Shown piece after piece: positions 1 through 9,794 of a DNA stretch of 49,367 nt (the stretch's first letter is position 1; every line of letters begins with the position of its first letter). This stretch comes from a virus (taxonomy: Duplodnaviria > Caudoviricetes), in the IMG/VR virus record IMGVR_UViG_3300043394_000752, positions 1 to 49,367 of that record. One strand, 5' to 3'. The position numbers and the translations under genes were made by a program. A model generated the notes under the pieces. That model did no database searches and was not told the DNA's origin. It saw only the letters and a list, made by a program, of their open reading frames with translations.

Positions 1-23
1 ATTTAATTGATTAAACTTCGGTG

Positions 24-64
24 CAAATATACAAAATAATTTCTTTGTACAAACAAAATGTTAA
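24..64 (-). promoter_or_regulatory. Bacteroidota-type sigma70 promoter, copy 1 of a repeated early-promoter cassette
   Basis: Minus strand TTTGTACAAAG...TATATTTG fits -33 TTTG / -7 TAnnTTTG; these 41 bp are identical to 1752-1792. Confidence 0.75.
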
Positions 65-303
65 ATTATTTTAATTAAAATATTATCTTGGTTAAGCTCA
101 CCAGAATTAAACTGAAGCTGGAACCCTGCCAGACTCCAGACCAGACCTTGAGCTTCAGCTTCTTCCATGAAGCGTTCTGTATTACCTGACTCCAGAGCAT
201 CGTCTGGAGCTTTATTCACATCTACCCCGTACACGCGGATCTGGGTTTTCGCGTAAGACAACACTTCTTGCTTCGCGGTTTCACTTGCTGGTATAAATTC
301 CAT
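61..303 (-). CDS. hypothetical protein
   Basis: 80 aa ORF in a tightly packed minus-strand run. Confidence 0.7.
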   Translation of the reverse strand: MEFIPASETAKQEVLSYAKTQIRVYGVDVNKAPDDALESGNTERFMEEAEAQGLVWSLAGFQLQFNSGELNQDNILIKII

Positions 304-305
304 AA

Positions 306-524
306 TTAAAATACTTTAAAATCACAATATTGTTCCAACTCATTTAATGGGATTCTCCCGTGTCGGCTTGAGCTATAATAGCCCTGACGTTCGTATTGAG
401 CTTTCCATTTATTAAACGCCTCGATGGCTTTCTTCTTACTTCTGTAATACGGCGTTGCAAATTCGATTGTTATGCCGTCAGGTGAAATTACCTGATACTT
501 CTTTGCAGGATATTTCTTTTCCAT
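306..524 (-). CDS. hypothetical protein
   Basis: 72 aa ORF, 2 bp from next gene. Confidence 0.75.
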   Translation of the reverse strand: MEKKYPAKKYQVISPDGITIEFATPYYRSKKKAIEAFNKWKAQYERQGYYSSSRHGRIPLNELEQYCDFKVF

Positions 525-614
525 ATTATTCTTTTTTAAAAACCTTTATTAATAATTTTACTATTAATTCTATTAGTTCCCAAACCAAATCAAATATACC
601 AAATAACATATTGA

Positions 615-821
615 TTAATTTAAAAATCCAACTTCAATCCCAATACTCAAACCATTAGCCAACGCATTGTCCAATTGTCCATAGTCATCAATCAACGATT
701 CACTATCGTCATCATAAAGAACATACAAAGCGAACAACCCTGATGCAAAAATCTCTTTGGCTTTCTCACTTACTAACAACCAAACAAAACTATCGTTTTT
801 TGTAACTCTAATTGTACTCAT
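615..821 (-). CDS. hypothetical protein
   Basis: 68 aa ORF in minus-strand run. Confidence 0.7.
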   Translation of the reverse strand: MSTIRVTKNDSFVWLLVSEKAKEIFASGLFALYVLYDDDSESLIDDYGQLDNALANGLSIGIEVGFLN

Positions 822-823
822 AG

Positions 824-1033
824 CTATACGTTTTCGGGTTTAACAAATTCAACTTGTTTAAATTCATATTGATTCATTTCTCCAATACGAATACATACAT
901 TCTTCATTGTTGGGTGGTATGCGAATATTCTCATTTCGGCATCAACAAAACATTCTAATTCAACATTAGCAGGGAAGACAACCCCGAACTTTGCCGATTC
1001 AACTCTTTCTCTTAACTTTAGTGTTCCTTTCAT
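824..1033 (-). CDS. hypothetical protein
   Basis: 69 aa ORF directly downstream of a TATATTTG promoter. Confidence 0.7.
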   Translation of the reverse strand: MKGTLKLRERVESAKFGVVFPANVELECFVDAEMRIFAYHPTMKNVCIRIGEMNQYEFKQVEFVKPENV

Positions 1034-1061
1034 AATATATAATTTAATTGATTTCAGTTAG

Positions 1062-1090
1062 CAAATATACAAAATTATTTCTTTGTACAA
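1062..1090 (-). promoter_or_regulatory. Bacteroidota-type promoter, copy 2
   Basis: caaatatacaaaattatttctttgtacaa, one mismatch to copies 1 and 3. Confidence 0.75.
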
Positions 1091-1099
1091 TAAATTAAT

Positions 1100-1723
1100 C
1101 TATTTATTTTCTGTTAAAATTTTATTCAAAGCATCAACGTATTTCTCTTTCAATTCTTTCAAATCAGTTTGACTTAAGAAACCATAGTCTTCAAGAAATT
1201 CGTCCACGTCCATTTCTTCTTCTGAACAATATTCGATTGTACATTCAACTTCGTTCCAAAACCAATCTTTATCCATATTGTAAAGTCCCTCTTGGTATGC
1301 CCAAGATTCTTTAAAGTCAGTTTCGCCATTGGTGTATTGTGCGTGTCCCGAAAAATCATTACCTGATTCATCATAAACTATTTTAACTGAAACCTGATAC
1401 ATTTCAGACAACATCTGACAGAATCCTTCGGGTGGCGACCAACAACTTTCGAACCCAGCACAGAAAAAAGTATCGTCAAGGTTATCAACTTCACATTGAG
1501 AAAGGAAGTCGCTAACGTAATCAATTGGACGACAACCATAATATGCTACTGAATCCACGTCTTCGGGTCTTTTCCCCAAGAAGTATTCAAATACGTCCCC
1601 CTCTTTGCCAAGTTCATCTTCCATAAAAACAATCTTACCTAAAAACTTTTTAAAGTTCTTGGTGTCTAACTCACTCATTCCACTAGGACTTACTTCGATA
1701 TTATTCCAACAATAGTTTGCCAT
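1100..1723 (-). CDS. YubB/DUF1281-like ferredoxin-fold protein
   Basis: MANYCWN start and F-E-S-C-W-S-P-P ... Y-D-E-S-G-x-D-F-S-G motifs typical of this family. Confidence 0.65.
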   Translation of the reverse strand: MANYCWNNIEVSPSGMSELDTKNFKKFLGKIVFMEDELGKEGDVFEYFLGKRPEDVDSVAYYGCRPIDYVSDFLSQCEVDNLDDTFFCAGFESCWSPPEGFCQMLSEMYQVSVKIVYDESGNDFSGHAQYTNGETDFKESWAYQEGLYNMDKDWFWNEVECTIEYCSEEEMDVDEFLEDYGFLSQTDLKELKEKYVDALNKILTENK

Positions 1724-1751
1724 AACAAATAGATTTAATTATTTAACGGGA

Positions 1752-1792
1752 CAAATATACAAAATAATTTCTTTGTACAAACAAAATGTTAA
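1752..1792 (-). promoter_or_regulatory. Bacteroidota-type promoter, copy 3
   Basis: Identical to 24-64; about 30 bp upstream of the 1723 ATG. Confidence 0.75.
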
Positions 1793-1942
1793 TTTATTTT
1801 AAATTATTTTTTACACGGGGATCTCGACCTGAAGCAGCCGATTTTGATCAAAGTGATCCTGAAAAACAATAGAACAAAAAAAAACGGAAGCAAGTGCCTC
1901 CGTTTAAACAAAATAAAGAAAAATAATAGATTCCCCACAAAT

Positions 1943-2089
1943 CTACATATCGTAGGCGAATGTTGGTATAATAAACCAAAGCACAAGCCAAAAGAGAAAT
2001 GATAATATGCAAATACCAATAATCCCCTCCCAAAATTCTTTTCTATCGTTCTTCCAAGTCCAAACGAAAGATTCTATAATTCTTACCAT
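1943..2089 (-). CDS. small membrane protein
   Basis: MVRIIESF start after an AT-rich leader; one hydrophobic helix. Confidence 0.55.
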   Translation of the reverse strand: MVRIIESFVWTWKNDRKEFWEGIIGICILSFLFWLVLWFIIPTFAYDM

Positions 2090-2238
2090 AAGATTAATTT
2101 TTAAGCCATTCACGGATACGTAAGTAAACCGCAAGTGTGTATGAAACAATAAACCCGATTAAACAAAGTACGTAAAACACCAATATTAATTTTAACCATA
2201 GCGGTTCGTCTGAAAATTGTTGAATAAATGCTATCATC

Positions 2239-2574
2239 TTAATAGTTTTTTAATGGTTCAACATTTGCACTTCTTGTATTCTTTTTAAAGTCAGCAACCA
2301 ATCTTTGTTTAATTGATTTATTTGATTCTTCTTTTGGTGATTCTTCTGTCCAATCAATAGCTTGATACTCGCCATTGTTATGTGCCTCATTCAATTCGTC
2401 AATTGTTTTCAATTCTTCATCAACGATAATGAAATCATTTGTTGCGAAATTGATTCTTGTTGCGGGAACTTGTTTCTCTTTTTCAAAGATTCTATATGCG
2501 GTTTTCATATTGTCCAAGTTCACTAATGTCGTTGCACCAGTTTGTGTGTAAGTTAATTTTACGATTGTTGCCAT
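2239..2574 (-). CDS. hypothetical protein
   Basis: 111 aa ORF. Confidence 0.75.
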   Translation of the reverse strand: MATIVKLTYTQTGATTLVNLDNMKTAYRIFEKEKQVPATRINFATNDFIIVDEELKTIDELNEAHNNGEYQAIDWTEESPKEESNKSIKQRLVADFKKNTRSANVEPLKNY

Positions 2575-2595
2575 TTCTAAATTGATTTATATTAA

Positions 2596-2919
2596 TTAAT
2601 ATGTTGTAATGTAAAGTGGGGTCTTTTCCCCAACGTATGCACAAAAGGTATTGTACTCTAAAAATTCCCAAGCATCTTCCGCACTCATGTCCCCGACAAC
2701 TGCCGTGATTTCAACCATTTTTTCTTTGGAATAAACTAACTGACCATCATCGGTAATTCCCACGATTGCCGTGTCATACCCATTAACGTTCCCATCAAAT
2801 CCGTGCGGTATAAGTGAGCCGTGTTCTTCGGCCAACTCCAATATGATGTCTACATTTGAATAACCAACAATTTCTTTTTTGTTAAAGAAACTCTTTAACC
2901 ACAATAAAATACGTTTCAT
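2596..2919 (-). CDS. hypothetical phage protein
   Basis: GYDTAIVG...VYSKEKM...AWEFLEYNT..AYVGEKTP; TATCTTTG at 2947-2954 supports the 2919 start. Confidence 0.75.
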   Translation of the reverse strand: MKRILLWLKSFFNKKEIVGYSNVDIILELAEEHGSLIPHGFDGNVNGYDTAIVGITDDGQLVYSKEKMVEITAVVGDMSAEDAWEFLEYNTFCAYVGEKTPLYITTY

Positions 2920-2987
2920 AGATTTTAATTTAATTGATTTATGGTGCAAAGATAATACTTTTTTTAATACTACAACTTTTTTCTTGA

Positions 2988-3413
2988 TTAAAATTCAAGA
3001 ACTTTTAATGTTGTTATCATTTCAATACTTGCATTAGGATACGTATTACGCAAAGCCTGAAGTAGTTCTTCGTTATCATACTCAACCTGATTGTCCCGTT
3101 CGTCCATTACGATTGGTAGAATAACGTTTTGTATTTGTTCGTCGCTCAAGGTAGTAACCAATATAAAGTTCTCTTCGTCATACGCAGTTGTTTTGATTTC
3201 AACCACATTATAATTAAAACTATTTTTAATCATAGTGATTGAGTATTCATTCTCGTGATTGGTTGCCGTTAGTTGGTCCCCTCTGAATTGATTCACGGAC
3301 CTAACTCTTGACACGTTATGTGAACCCACCGGGATAAATCCATTTGTTATTTCCCGGGCGACCAATTCATTTAGTCCACCCGGATAGCTTGATGTGATTA
3401 CTTTTAATTCCAT
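2988..3413 (-). CDS. hypothetical protein (DUF1737-like N-terminus)
   Basis: N-terminal LNELVAREITNGFIPVGS resembles DUF1737. Confidence 0.6.
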   Translation of the reverse strand: MELKVITSSYPGGLNELVAREITNGFIPVGSHNVSRVRSVNQFRGDQLTATNHENEYSITMIKNSFNYNVVEIKTTAYDEENFILVTTLSDEQIQNVILPIVMDERDNQVEYDNEELLQALRNTYPNASIEMITTLKVLEF

Positions 3414-3414
3414 T

Positions 3415-3675
3415 CTATCTAAAATGTTTAAAGGTTACATTTGAATTCTGAACAATATATTCCATTACTTTATCTGTGTAATACGATGTTGTAATCTCAC
3501 TAACAAAATCTTTCATCTTCCAATATGAATCTTCCTTATTTAAGAATTCATTATTCAGTATTAAGTTTTTGCTGAAGTAATCAACCGCTTGTATTACGAT
3601 GCTCAAGTCATTGATCGAAATTCTAATGATTCCACCAATAGCACATTCCCCGATTTTAAAATCTTTTCTTTTCAT
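3415..3675 (-). CDS. hypothetical protein
   Basis: 86 aa ORF, tight packing. Confidence 0.7.
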   Translation of the reverse strand: MKRKDFKIGECAIGGIIRISINDLSIVIQAVDYFSKNLILNNEFLNKEDSYWKMKDFVSEITTSYYTDKVMEYIVQNSNVTFKHFR

Positions 3676-3680
3676 TTCAA

Positions 3681-3947
3681 TTAGATTAAATTAGTGAATT
3701 TACCAATCATAAAAATATCCCCAACATCAACAATATCTTCGTCCGTGAATCGACCCAAACGATATACCAAGATTTCTTCTCGATGTTCTTTAGCGATTTC
3801 ATCAACGTTACCATTAAGTTGATAAACCAATTCCCTTGTACCGCCAATTTCTTTAGCCGTGTAGCGATTAGTATCTTTATCGAAATAGATGTCAAATAAA
3901 TCTTTTTCAACACCATTCAATTCGATTTCAGTTAAAACACATTCCAT
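3681..3947 (-). CDS. hypothetical protein
   Basis: 88 aa ORF, tight packing. Confidence 0.7.
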   Translation of the reverse strand: MECVLTEIELNGVEKDLFDIYFDKDTNRYTAKEIGGTRELVYQLNGNVDEIAKEHREEILVYRLGRFTDEDIVDVGDIFMIGKFTNLI

Positions 3948-3951
3948 TGTA

Positions 3952-4146
3952 TTACGATTTAGAGATTACAAATTCATCTTCTTCGGGAACAACCGCAAGT
4001 GTTGAACCATTGTCCCAACGGACGTGTATTTGTCCCATACCATCAACTTTGGTAATGATTCCTTTAGTCCCCGATTCGGGTGCTTGAGCATCGTCCATTC
4101 TGATTAACGTAATACGTTTACCAATTAATTCTTGAGTATTTTCCAT
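3952..4146 (-). CDS. DUF4314 family protein
   Basis: G-x-R-I-x-L-x-x-M-D-D...G-T-K-G...V-D-G-M-G-Q-I-H-V-x-W-D-N-G-S-T-L; TATCTTTG at 4169-4176 supports the start at 4146. Confidence 0.85.
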   Translation of the reverse strand: MENTQELIGKRITLIRMDDAQAPESGTKGIITKVDGMGQIHVRWDNGSTLAVVPEEDEFVISKS

Positions 4147-4156
4147 AAGATTAAAT

Positions 4157-4366
4157 TTAATTAGATTGCAAAGATACACTTTTTTCTCGCTTACAAAAAA
4201 AATTTCTTGTATTATCCGCCACGTTTTCATACGCACGTGTCATACTCGGCTCGTGTGCCGTGTGCTTGTTTTGAACTCGATTAACAAGCCATTCTTCAAA
4301 ACGGGTTAATTCTTTAACTACCGCATTATTAACGATTACGTCCGATGCTTTTGATATTGATGCCAT
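4157..4366 (-). CDS. hypothetical protein
   Basis: 69 aa ORF in operon. Confidence 0.55.
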   Translation of the reverse strand: MASISKASDVIVNNAVVKELTRFEEWLVNRVQNKHTAHEPSMTRAYENVADNTRNFFCKREKSVSLQSN

Positions 4367-4381
4367 AATAAATAAATTAAA

Positions 4382-4633
4382 TTAATTGATTCCTATAAAT
4401 TCTAAAAACCCAGCCATTAAACCACTAACTGAATCCTTGAGTGTATTACTCGGTTTGGTTGTCTGTCCATACGCTTGAGCATCAGGTTGAAAATGCCACG
4501 CTTTGTCAGGGTCGTATCGTGAACCAACTTTTAAGTCAGCCGCCCACTTATTGAATGCCTCACGTTCTTCAGGTAATGCGTGTCCACGCAATTGATTTTC
4601 TTGATGTGCTAATACTCGGTTAAACTTTTGCAT
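4382..4633 (-). CDS. hypothetical protein
   Basis: 83 aa ORF behind TATCTTTG (4658-4665). Confidence 0.7.
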   Translation of the reverse strand: MQKFNRVLAHQENQLRGHALPEEREAFNKWAADLKVGSRYDPDKAWHFQPDAQAYGQTTKPSNTLKDSVSGLMAGFLEFIGIN

Positions 4634-4707
4634 TTTAATATAGTTTTATTTGAAAAACAAAGATAGTAAAAAAGGGCAAGGCTTGTAATACCTCGCCCGA
4701 TTTTTAT

Positions 4708-5574
4708 TTATACCATTTGAGCCAATTTGTTGAATACTTCACGCTCACGGTTGCCATACACTCCGAACAATTTATTCTCGGTGCTATCCCCTTTAAGGCT
4801 ATGTGTCGTGTACTTTGTAATACCGCTGAATAGTCCCCAAAGGTTTTCCCCTTTGTCCACGATTTCCCCGTGTATATTCACTTGCAAATCACTCAAGACG
4901 TTTTGTTTACGGGTGCTTAAACTTTTAACGTCCGCAATACGTTCCTCTTTCTGTAAGTTCAAGATATGCCCCAAAACCATTTCACGTACTTCGGGTGCGA
5001 TTTCGTATTGAGCCATTTTATCAATCTTATTGTAAATAAGTGCCTCCTGACGTAATACTTCCTCAATCTGTAAACAAATTAGATCCACGCGTCCGTGCAT
5101 TGACGCTGTATGACGAACTTTATTATTCAAGTCCTTGATACTTGCAAAGAATGTATTTTGGCACGATATGGTAACGTTTGAATGTCCGAACGCTAATGAC
5201 GTGCTACCATCAAATGAATTAACACAAGTTAAATAACCTTTGATTTCGTCCGTACCCAGTTTATGGTCGGTCGTTTTCAATTGGATAAAGGTTTTTTGTC
5301 CTTCGCCAAAGTAACCGCCACGATGCAATGGCAACCCCATTTTACCGCTGATTCTGTCCAAGATTTCAGCCATTTCGCTATTTTGATATGCCGTATAACT
5401 TGACTTGTGAACCCCCAAAATTTTGTTTGTGTCGGTGCGGACGATTGCAATATGCTCCGACTCGATAGGGTTTTCGCCTGACGTAATCAACGGACGTGAT
5501 TCAACCGCCCAATCCAAATTGGCTTGAGTTAATAATGCTTTTGAGTTTTCCGTTTGTGCTACTAAATTTTCCAT
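4708..5574 (-). CDS. DUF932 family protein (phage/plasmid, TIGR03299-like)
   Basis: LDWAV..RPL, VRTDT..ILG, Y..YQN, NSFDGS, V.ISCQNT, VRHT, NLWGLFSGIT motifs; promoter TACCTTTG at 5622-5629. Confidence 0.85.
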   Translation of the reverse strand: MENLVAQTENSKALLTQANLDWAVESRPLITSGENPIESEHIAIVRTDTNKILGVHKSSYTAYQNSEMAEILDRISGKMGLPLHRGGYFGEGQKTFIQLKTTDHKLGTDEIKGYLTCVNSFDGSTSLAFGHSNVTISCQNTFFASIKDLNNKVRHTASMHGRVDLICLQIEEVLRQEALIYNKIDKMAQYEIAPEVREMVLGHILNLQKEERIADVKSLSTRKQNVLSDLQVNIHGEIVDKGENLWGLFSGITKYTTHSLKGDSTENKLFGVYGNREREVFNKLAQMV

Positions 5575-5753
5575 AAGAATAAAATTGATTAAATTGATTA
5601 AAAATGTTTCGTTTGTGAGTGCAAAGGTAAAAACAAATAAATGAATAAAACAAATTTAATTTTAAAATAAATTTATTTTTAATCTTAATCCCTTTATTTA
5701 CAAGGCTTTAGCTCCAGAAAAAAAAATAATTAAAAAAAATACAAAAAAAATAG

Positions 5754-5783
5754 TTTGTAATTAGAAAAAAGGTTGTACATTTG
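5754..5783 (+). promoter_or_regulatory. Bacteroidota-type promoter, divergent from the DUF932 promoter
   Basis: TTTG at 5754 and TACATTTG at 5776-5783, upstream of the 5849 ATG. Confidence 0.7.
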
Positions 5784-5848
5784 CATCAGCAAAAAGGGGT
5801 TAAAGTTTCCGCCCCACTAAGGGAAACCAAAACAAATAAATTAATATT

Positions 5849-6433
5849 ATGAAAAATTCAAATCGCCCATTGTTTCAAGTAACGTTAAACGAAGCTATCG
5901 CAATTCTAAGCGGTATTAAAGGGCATCCATTTGCAGGGGTTGAATTATTAACAGAACCAACTTTAACCGGTGGTAAAAAAACACTTGAATTATTCGGTGG
6001 TGCGGTTTACAAATATGCACGTTATGTGTTTGCAGTAAACAGAGGTTACGACCGAGCAATTGAAATTGCAACCGAAAAGTTAGGTATTAATTTTGAAAAT
6101 TGGCAACCACAACCACATAATTATGCCGACCACGTTCAAGGTAATATTTTGGTGCATCGTTCGGACTTAAATTTACCACAAGCCGAGCAAAGAATTTACG
6201 CACAATTTATGTTGCACGATAATTGCCAAATCGAAAGCCAATATTTTGACGCTGAATTTCGCCCAATAGATGTAGAAACGCTTAAGCCTTATTTCCCAAA
6301 TCGCACAAGCCAAAAACAAGCGAATATAGGTTTAGCCAATGCCGACCAAATCAAAGTAATTAACCCTAGTGTTAAAAGTATCAAAAGGTTTGCAACCAAC
6401 GGAGCGGACTATGAAATAGTAGCAGAAGAATAG
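5849..6433 (+). CDS. hypothetical phage protein
   Basis: 194 aa ORF with its own promoter and a downstream hairpin. Confidence 0.8.
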   Translation: MKNSNRPLFQVTLNEAIAILSGIKGHPFAGVELLTEPTLTGGKKTLELFGGAVYKYARYVFAVNRGYDRAIEIATEKLGINFENWQPQPHNYADHVQGNILVHRSDLNLPQAEQRIYAQFMLHDNCQIESQYFDAEFRPIDVETLKPYFPNRTSQKQANIGLANADQIKVINPSVKSIKRFATNGADYEIVAEE

Positions 6434-6442
6434 GAGTTAAAT

Positions 6443-6468
6443 GGGGCGGGTTTCCGCCCCTATCTTTT
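6443..6468 (+). terminator. probable intrinsic terminator
   Basis: GGGGCGG-gttt-CCGCCCC followed by TATCTTTT. Confidence 0.55.
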
Positions 6469-6709
6469 CCCATACCCCTATACCCCTCCCCCCTCCCGTA
6501 TCCCCCCTTAAATAGGCTTAAAATCGATCTTCTGAGAGGGGGGACGATACTCTGAGAGAAATTTTTTGGGAAATTTTTGGCCAAGCAAGGACACATACCC
6601 TTTTCTAAAATAAAAATTTTTGGTATTTTTTCTGGAGATCTGGAAACACCCTCTTTTTCTAAAATAAAATTTTTGGGAATTTTTTGTATTTATTTAGAAA
6701 TATTACATT

Positions 6710-6823
6710 ATGAGCAAATCAGTTAAGATTAAACCAAAGAAGAAGAGTGTTAGATCACAAAACAAAATTAAAGCACTTATAGCTAAAAACGTGGAGATCT
6801 TACGTAGATTATCCGGTAAATAA
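6710..6823 (+). CDS. small basic protein (37 aa, not in ORF track)
   Basis: MSKSVKIKPKKKSVRSQNKIKALIAKNVEILRRLSGK; TATTTAT upstream; 6 bp from next gene. Confidence 0.55.
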   Translation: MSKSVKIKPKKKSVRSQNKIKALIAKNVEILRRLSGK

Positions 6824-6829
6824 AAAAGT

Positions 6830-7240
6830 ATGAAATTAATAGACACAATATTCGAAGCGGTAACTGATTTGTTTACGGAAAGAGAACGTAAATCAATCAT
6901 GGACGAAAAGGAATGGAAAGAGATTGATGACAAGAACAGCCCTGATAACATTAAGAAGAAAATCAAATATGTTCGTGGGTTATCTGACGAGTGTAGACAA
7001 TATGCTATGGAAAATCATAGCGATTGGGTTTCTAGCGTTGGTAGTGGTAAGGTAACTGAGTTACAATTACACCCGGACCTTAAGAAGAAGATTAAAGAGA
7101 AAGGTTACCCAGATGGTTTTTCTATGGGTGTTGATAAGGATGGTTATTTCATTCATACACATAGGGCGCGTAGTAAATCACATGAGAAACCGTCACAGAT
7201 TACTGCTAAGGAAATGAAGTTTATTGATTCAACTGGATAA
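6830..7240 (+). CDS. hypothetical protein
   Basis: 136 aa ORF. Confidence 0.8.
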   Translation: MKLIDTIFEAVTDLFTERERKSIMDEKEWKEIDDKNSPDNIKKKIKYVRGLSDECRQYAMENHSDWVSSVGSGKVTELQLHPDLKKKIKEKGYPDGFSMGVDKDGYFIHTHRARSKSHEKPSQITAKEMKFIDSTG

Positions 7241-7295
7241 CGAATAATAAACTATTTATAAAATAAAAACTATTTATAAAATAAAATAAAATATT

Positions 7296-7655
7296 ATGAA
7301 AAAACAAATTAATGAATTTTTTAGTGACCATACTGTTCAAGTAGCTAAAGCAATTGGTCCTCAGGTTATGGATGCAATTAAATCTGAAATGGAAAGACAA
7401 AATATGAACCCAATCGATCAGTTGGACCCAGAATCGCAACGTGAAATGATTAACCGTATAACACAATACATTGAGTATGAATTAATGCTTGAATTGGGGT
7501 TAACTGAAAAAGGTGATGAAGAACGTGACAATAGTGATATGCCAGGTTTCGAAGGAACTACCGATGCTTTAAACAATATTTCTATTAGGGGAGATAAGGG
7601 AGAAATAAACGAATCAATTAAACAAATTAGAAACGACTTTAATAGATTTTTATAA
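7296..7655 (+). CDS. hypothetical protein with C-terminal INE...FNRFL motif
   Basis: 119 aa; two TATTTAT motifs upstream; terminator downstream. Confidence 0.8.
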   Translation: MKKQINEFFSDHTVQVAKAIGPQVMDAIKSEMERQNMNPIDQLDPESQREMINRITQYIEYELMLELGLTEKGDEERDNSDMPGFEGTTDALNNISIRGDKGEINESIKQIRNDFNRFL

Positions 7656-7682
7656 TTTTTTTAATAAATTCTATTCATATTA

Positions 7683-7708
7683 AACCACCTTCAACCGGGT
7701 GGTTTTTT
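7683..7708 (+). terminator. intrinsic terminator
   Basis: AACCACCT...GGGTGGTT followed by a T tract. Confidence 0.7.
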
Positions 7709-7842
7709 GTTGTGTATAAGGCTCGGCCCATAAAGGGGGCCTCGCTAAATCCTAGAGAGAATCCCAGAGCAACCCTTATAACATCACCCTTCAATCTCAA
7801 TTAGAATTTAATTATATTTATATCATATACATTACACATATA

Positions 7843-9654
7843 ATGAAATTTAAATTCCTATTAGAAGACTTGCTTAATGAAGCGACACCTGAAGAGATCT
7901 ATAAGAAATACTATAGTGATATTGATGCTAATGCATTTGTTAAGCTTATTAGTTATGATCCACAAACTGTAATTGACAATCGTAAGATTATGCGTATAGG
8001 GAAATATGCTAAGATGATTATCAACATGTATAGGTTGAAGAACCTTAAGTGGGAAGATATGGATTTGGTTAAAGATTATTTAACATTGGTTTATCATCAT
8101 AAGGTACCACTTGATATTAATAAGATTCGATCCATTCCTGATTTGTATGATGTTGTTAAGATGTATGAGGTTAAGGATAAGAGAAGTTTGCAATCAATCC
8201 TTGTGGCTTTACCTAAGGACAGTTATAAGATTGTGTTGAATACCGACAAGTGGATTATGCTTACACCTCTTAAGGAGATTGCGGCGTGTTACCTTGGGGT
8301 TAATGCTCAGTGGTGTACAACTTGGGGGCCTCATTCATTGGATCCATCAAACAAGGATAAGCAGAATCGTTTTTCTAGTTATGGTGAGGGGCAGGATTAT
8401 GGGAACTTATTTATTATCATTGATAAGAAGGACGAGAACCATAAGTTTCAATTTCAATTTAGAGCCAAGGAGTTTATGGATGCCAATAATAGACCGATTA
8501 ACTCTGGGGAGTTCTTTGAAAATAACCCTGAGATTAAGTATTATTTCTTTCCGTCACTTAGAGAAGGTTCCAGTGAGCCGGCTAGTAATGATGAGATTGT
8601 AAAGATTAGAGCGTTATCTGCGGCGGATGCTGCCACGCTTCTTACGTCCAGATTAACGGATGAAGATAAAGCAAACCCATTGGTTAACGCGATTGTTAAT
8701 GAAGATGTTGAAATATTGAACCAGTTAATTGATGATGAAGTAATGGATAGTGGGATTGAAATTGATTCATCGGTTATTATTTTTGATCTTGATAATTACG
8801 GTGGCGGTGATCTGGCGCTATTGGAAAGAGTATTAAACCATTATAATGATAATTCAGCGAATGCAGCATCGAATTTATATGATGAAATGGCTGGTGATAG
8901 TTATTATTTTAAAGAGGATGATGCCGCGTTACGATTCTTTAAAGAATACTTCGAGAAGAATTTTGATATGTTGAATGAGAAGTTAAGGATTAAAAACTAT
9001 GAGAATTTCGAGAAAATGTATTTCGAAGGGTTTTCTGAAGATAAAGATTTATTTTATGAGTTTATCGATAAGATGTCAGATTTAAGTGCTGCGGACTATC
9101 AGGCTGCGTATAGAGATTTGGCAGAAGACATTGAACGTTTTATTGATTACGGTTATCGCGGAACCGTTTCGGTTAGCATTGCCGAGTTTATTAAATTTTT
9201 ATTGGAGAAAGAAATTACCGTGATTGACAACATAATTGATGTGCTTGAAGATTACATTGATTATTGTGGAATATATGTTGAATATGATTATGCCGAATAT
9301 GACCGTATAGAACCTACGTACGAACAAATGGAAGACAAGATTAATAATTATTTTGAAAACGTAATTAACATGGAAGGCTCTGGGGAAAACTGTATTGCTC
9401 TTAGAGATAAACTATTTGGGATTTTGGATAAGTTTAAATTTAACGATAGTAATTCATTTGAGAATGAGTTCATAACCATTAGAGCGGACCTTGGTAGTTT
9501 AAATTGTGAAAACGAGTCGGTTGAAATTGTTCTTCGAAATAAGAAAACCGGTAACGTTGAAAGCGGTGCTGTTAAGATTGAGAATCTGCCGAATTATTTG
9601 AACAACTATTCGCTGTTTGAATACCACATTAAATTTAAAACAATTTTAAAATAA
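7843..9654 (+). CDS. large acidic protein with PcfJ-like WC-motif domain, putative virion-internal
   Basis: MKFKFLLEDLLNEA leader; ACYLG...WCTT motif; acidic C-terminal half like that of 14133-15653. Confidence 0.6.
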   Translation: MKFKFLLEDLLNEATPEEIYKKYYSDIDANAFVKLISYDPQTVIDNRKIMRIGKYAKMIINMYRLKNLKWEDMDLVKDYLTLVYHHKVPLDINKIRSIPDLYDVVKMYEVKDKRSLQSILVALPKDSYKIVLNTDKWIMLTPLKEIAACYLGVNAQWCTTWGPHSLDPSNKDKQNRFSSYGEGQDYGNLFIIIDKKDENHKFQFQFRAKEFMDANNRPINSGEFFENNPEIKYYFFPSLREGSSEPASNDEIVKIRALSAADAATLLTSRLTDEDKANPLVNAIVNEDVEILNQLIDDEVMDSGIEIDSSVIIFDLDNYGGGDLALLERVLNHYNDNSANAASNLYDEMAGDSYYFKEDDAALRFFKEYFEKNFDMLNEKLRIKNYENFEKMYFEGFSEDKDLFYEFIDKMSDLSAADYQAAYRDLAEDIERFIDYGYRGTVSVSIAEFIKFLLEKEITVIDNIIDVLEDYIDYCGIYVEYDYAEYDRIEPTYEQMEDKINNYFENVINMEGSGENCIALRDKLFGILDKFKFNDSNSFENEFITIRADLGSLNCENESVEIVLRNKKTGNVESGAVKIENLPNYLNNYSLFEYHIKFKTILK

Positions 9655-9661
9655 GATAACG

Positions 9662-9690
9662 ACCCTGGCCTTAGAAGCTGGGGTTTTTTA
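9662..9690 (+). terminator. intrinsic terminator
   Basis: ACCCTGGC...GCTGGGGT followed by a T tract. Confidence 0.65.
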
Positions 9691-9794
9691 TTTCGATTGA
9701 ACCGCGCGGCTTCGCCGCTTTATTTTGGTTGGCGGGGGGGCGCGCGCACCATAAAGGGTTGCTTGCTGTTTGCAAAATACATATATTTATTGTT

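Noticed and set aside
128-6645. Scattered TCCAGA/TCTGGA hexamers (around 130-210, 5713, 6631-6644)
   Set aside because: Too few to separate from chance without a genome-wide count
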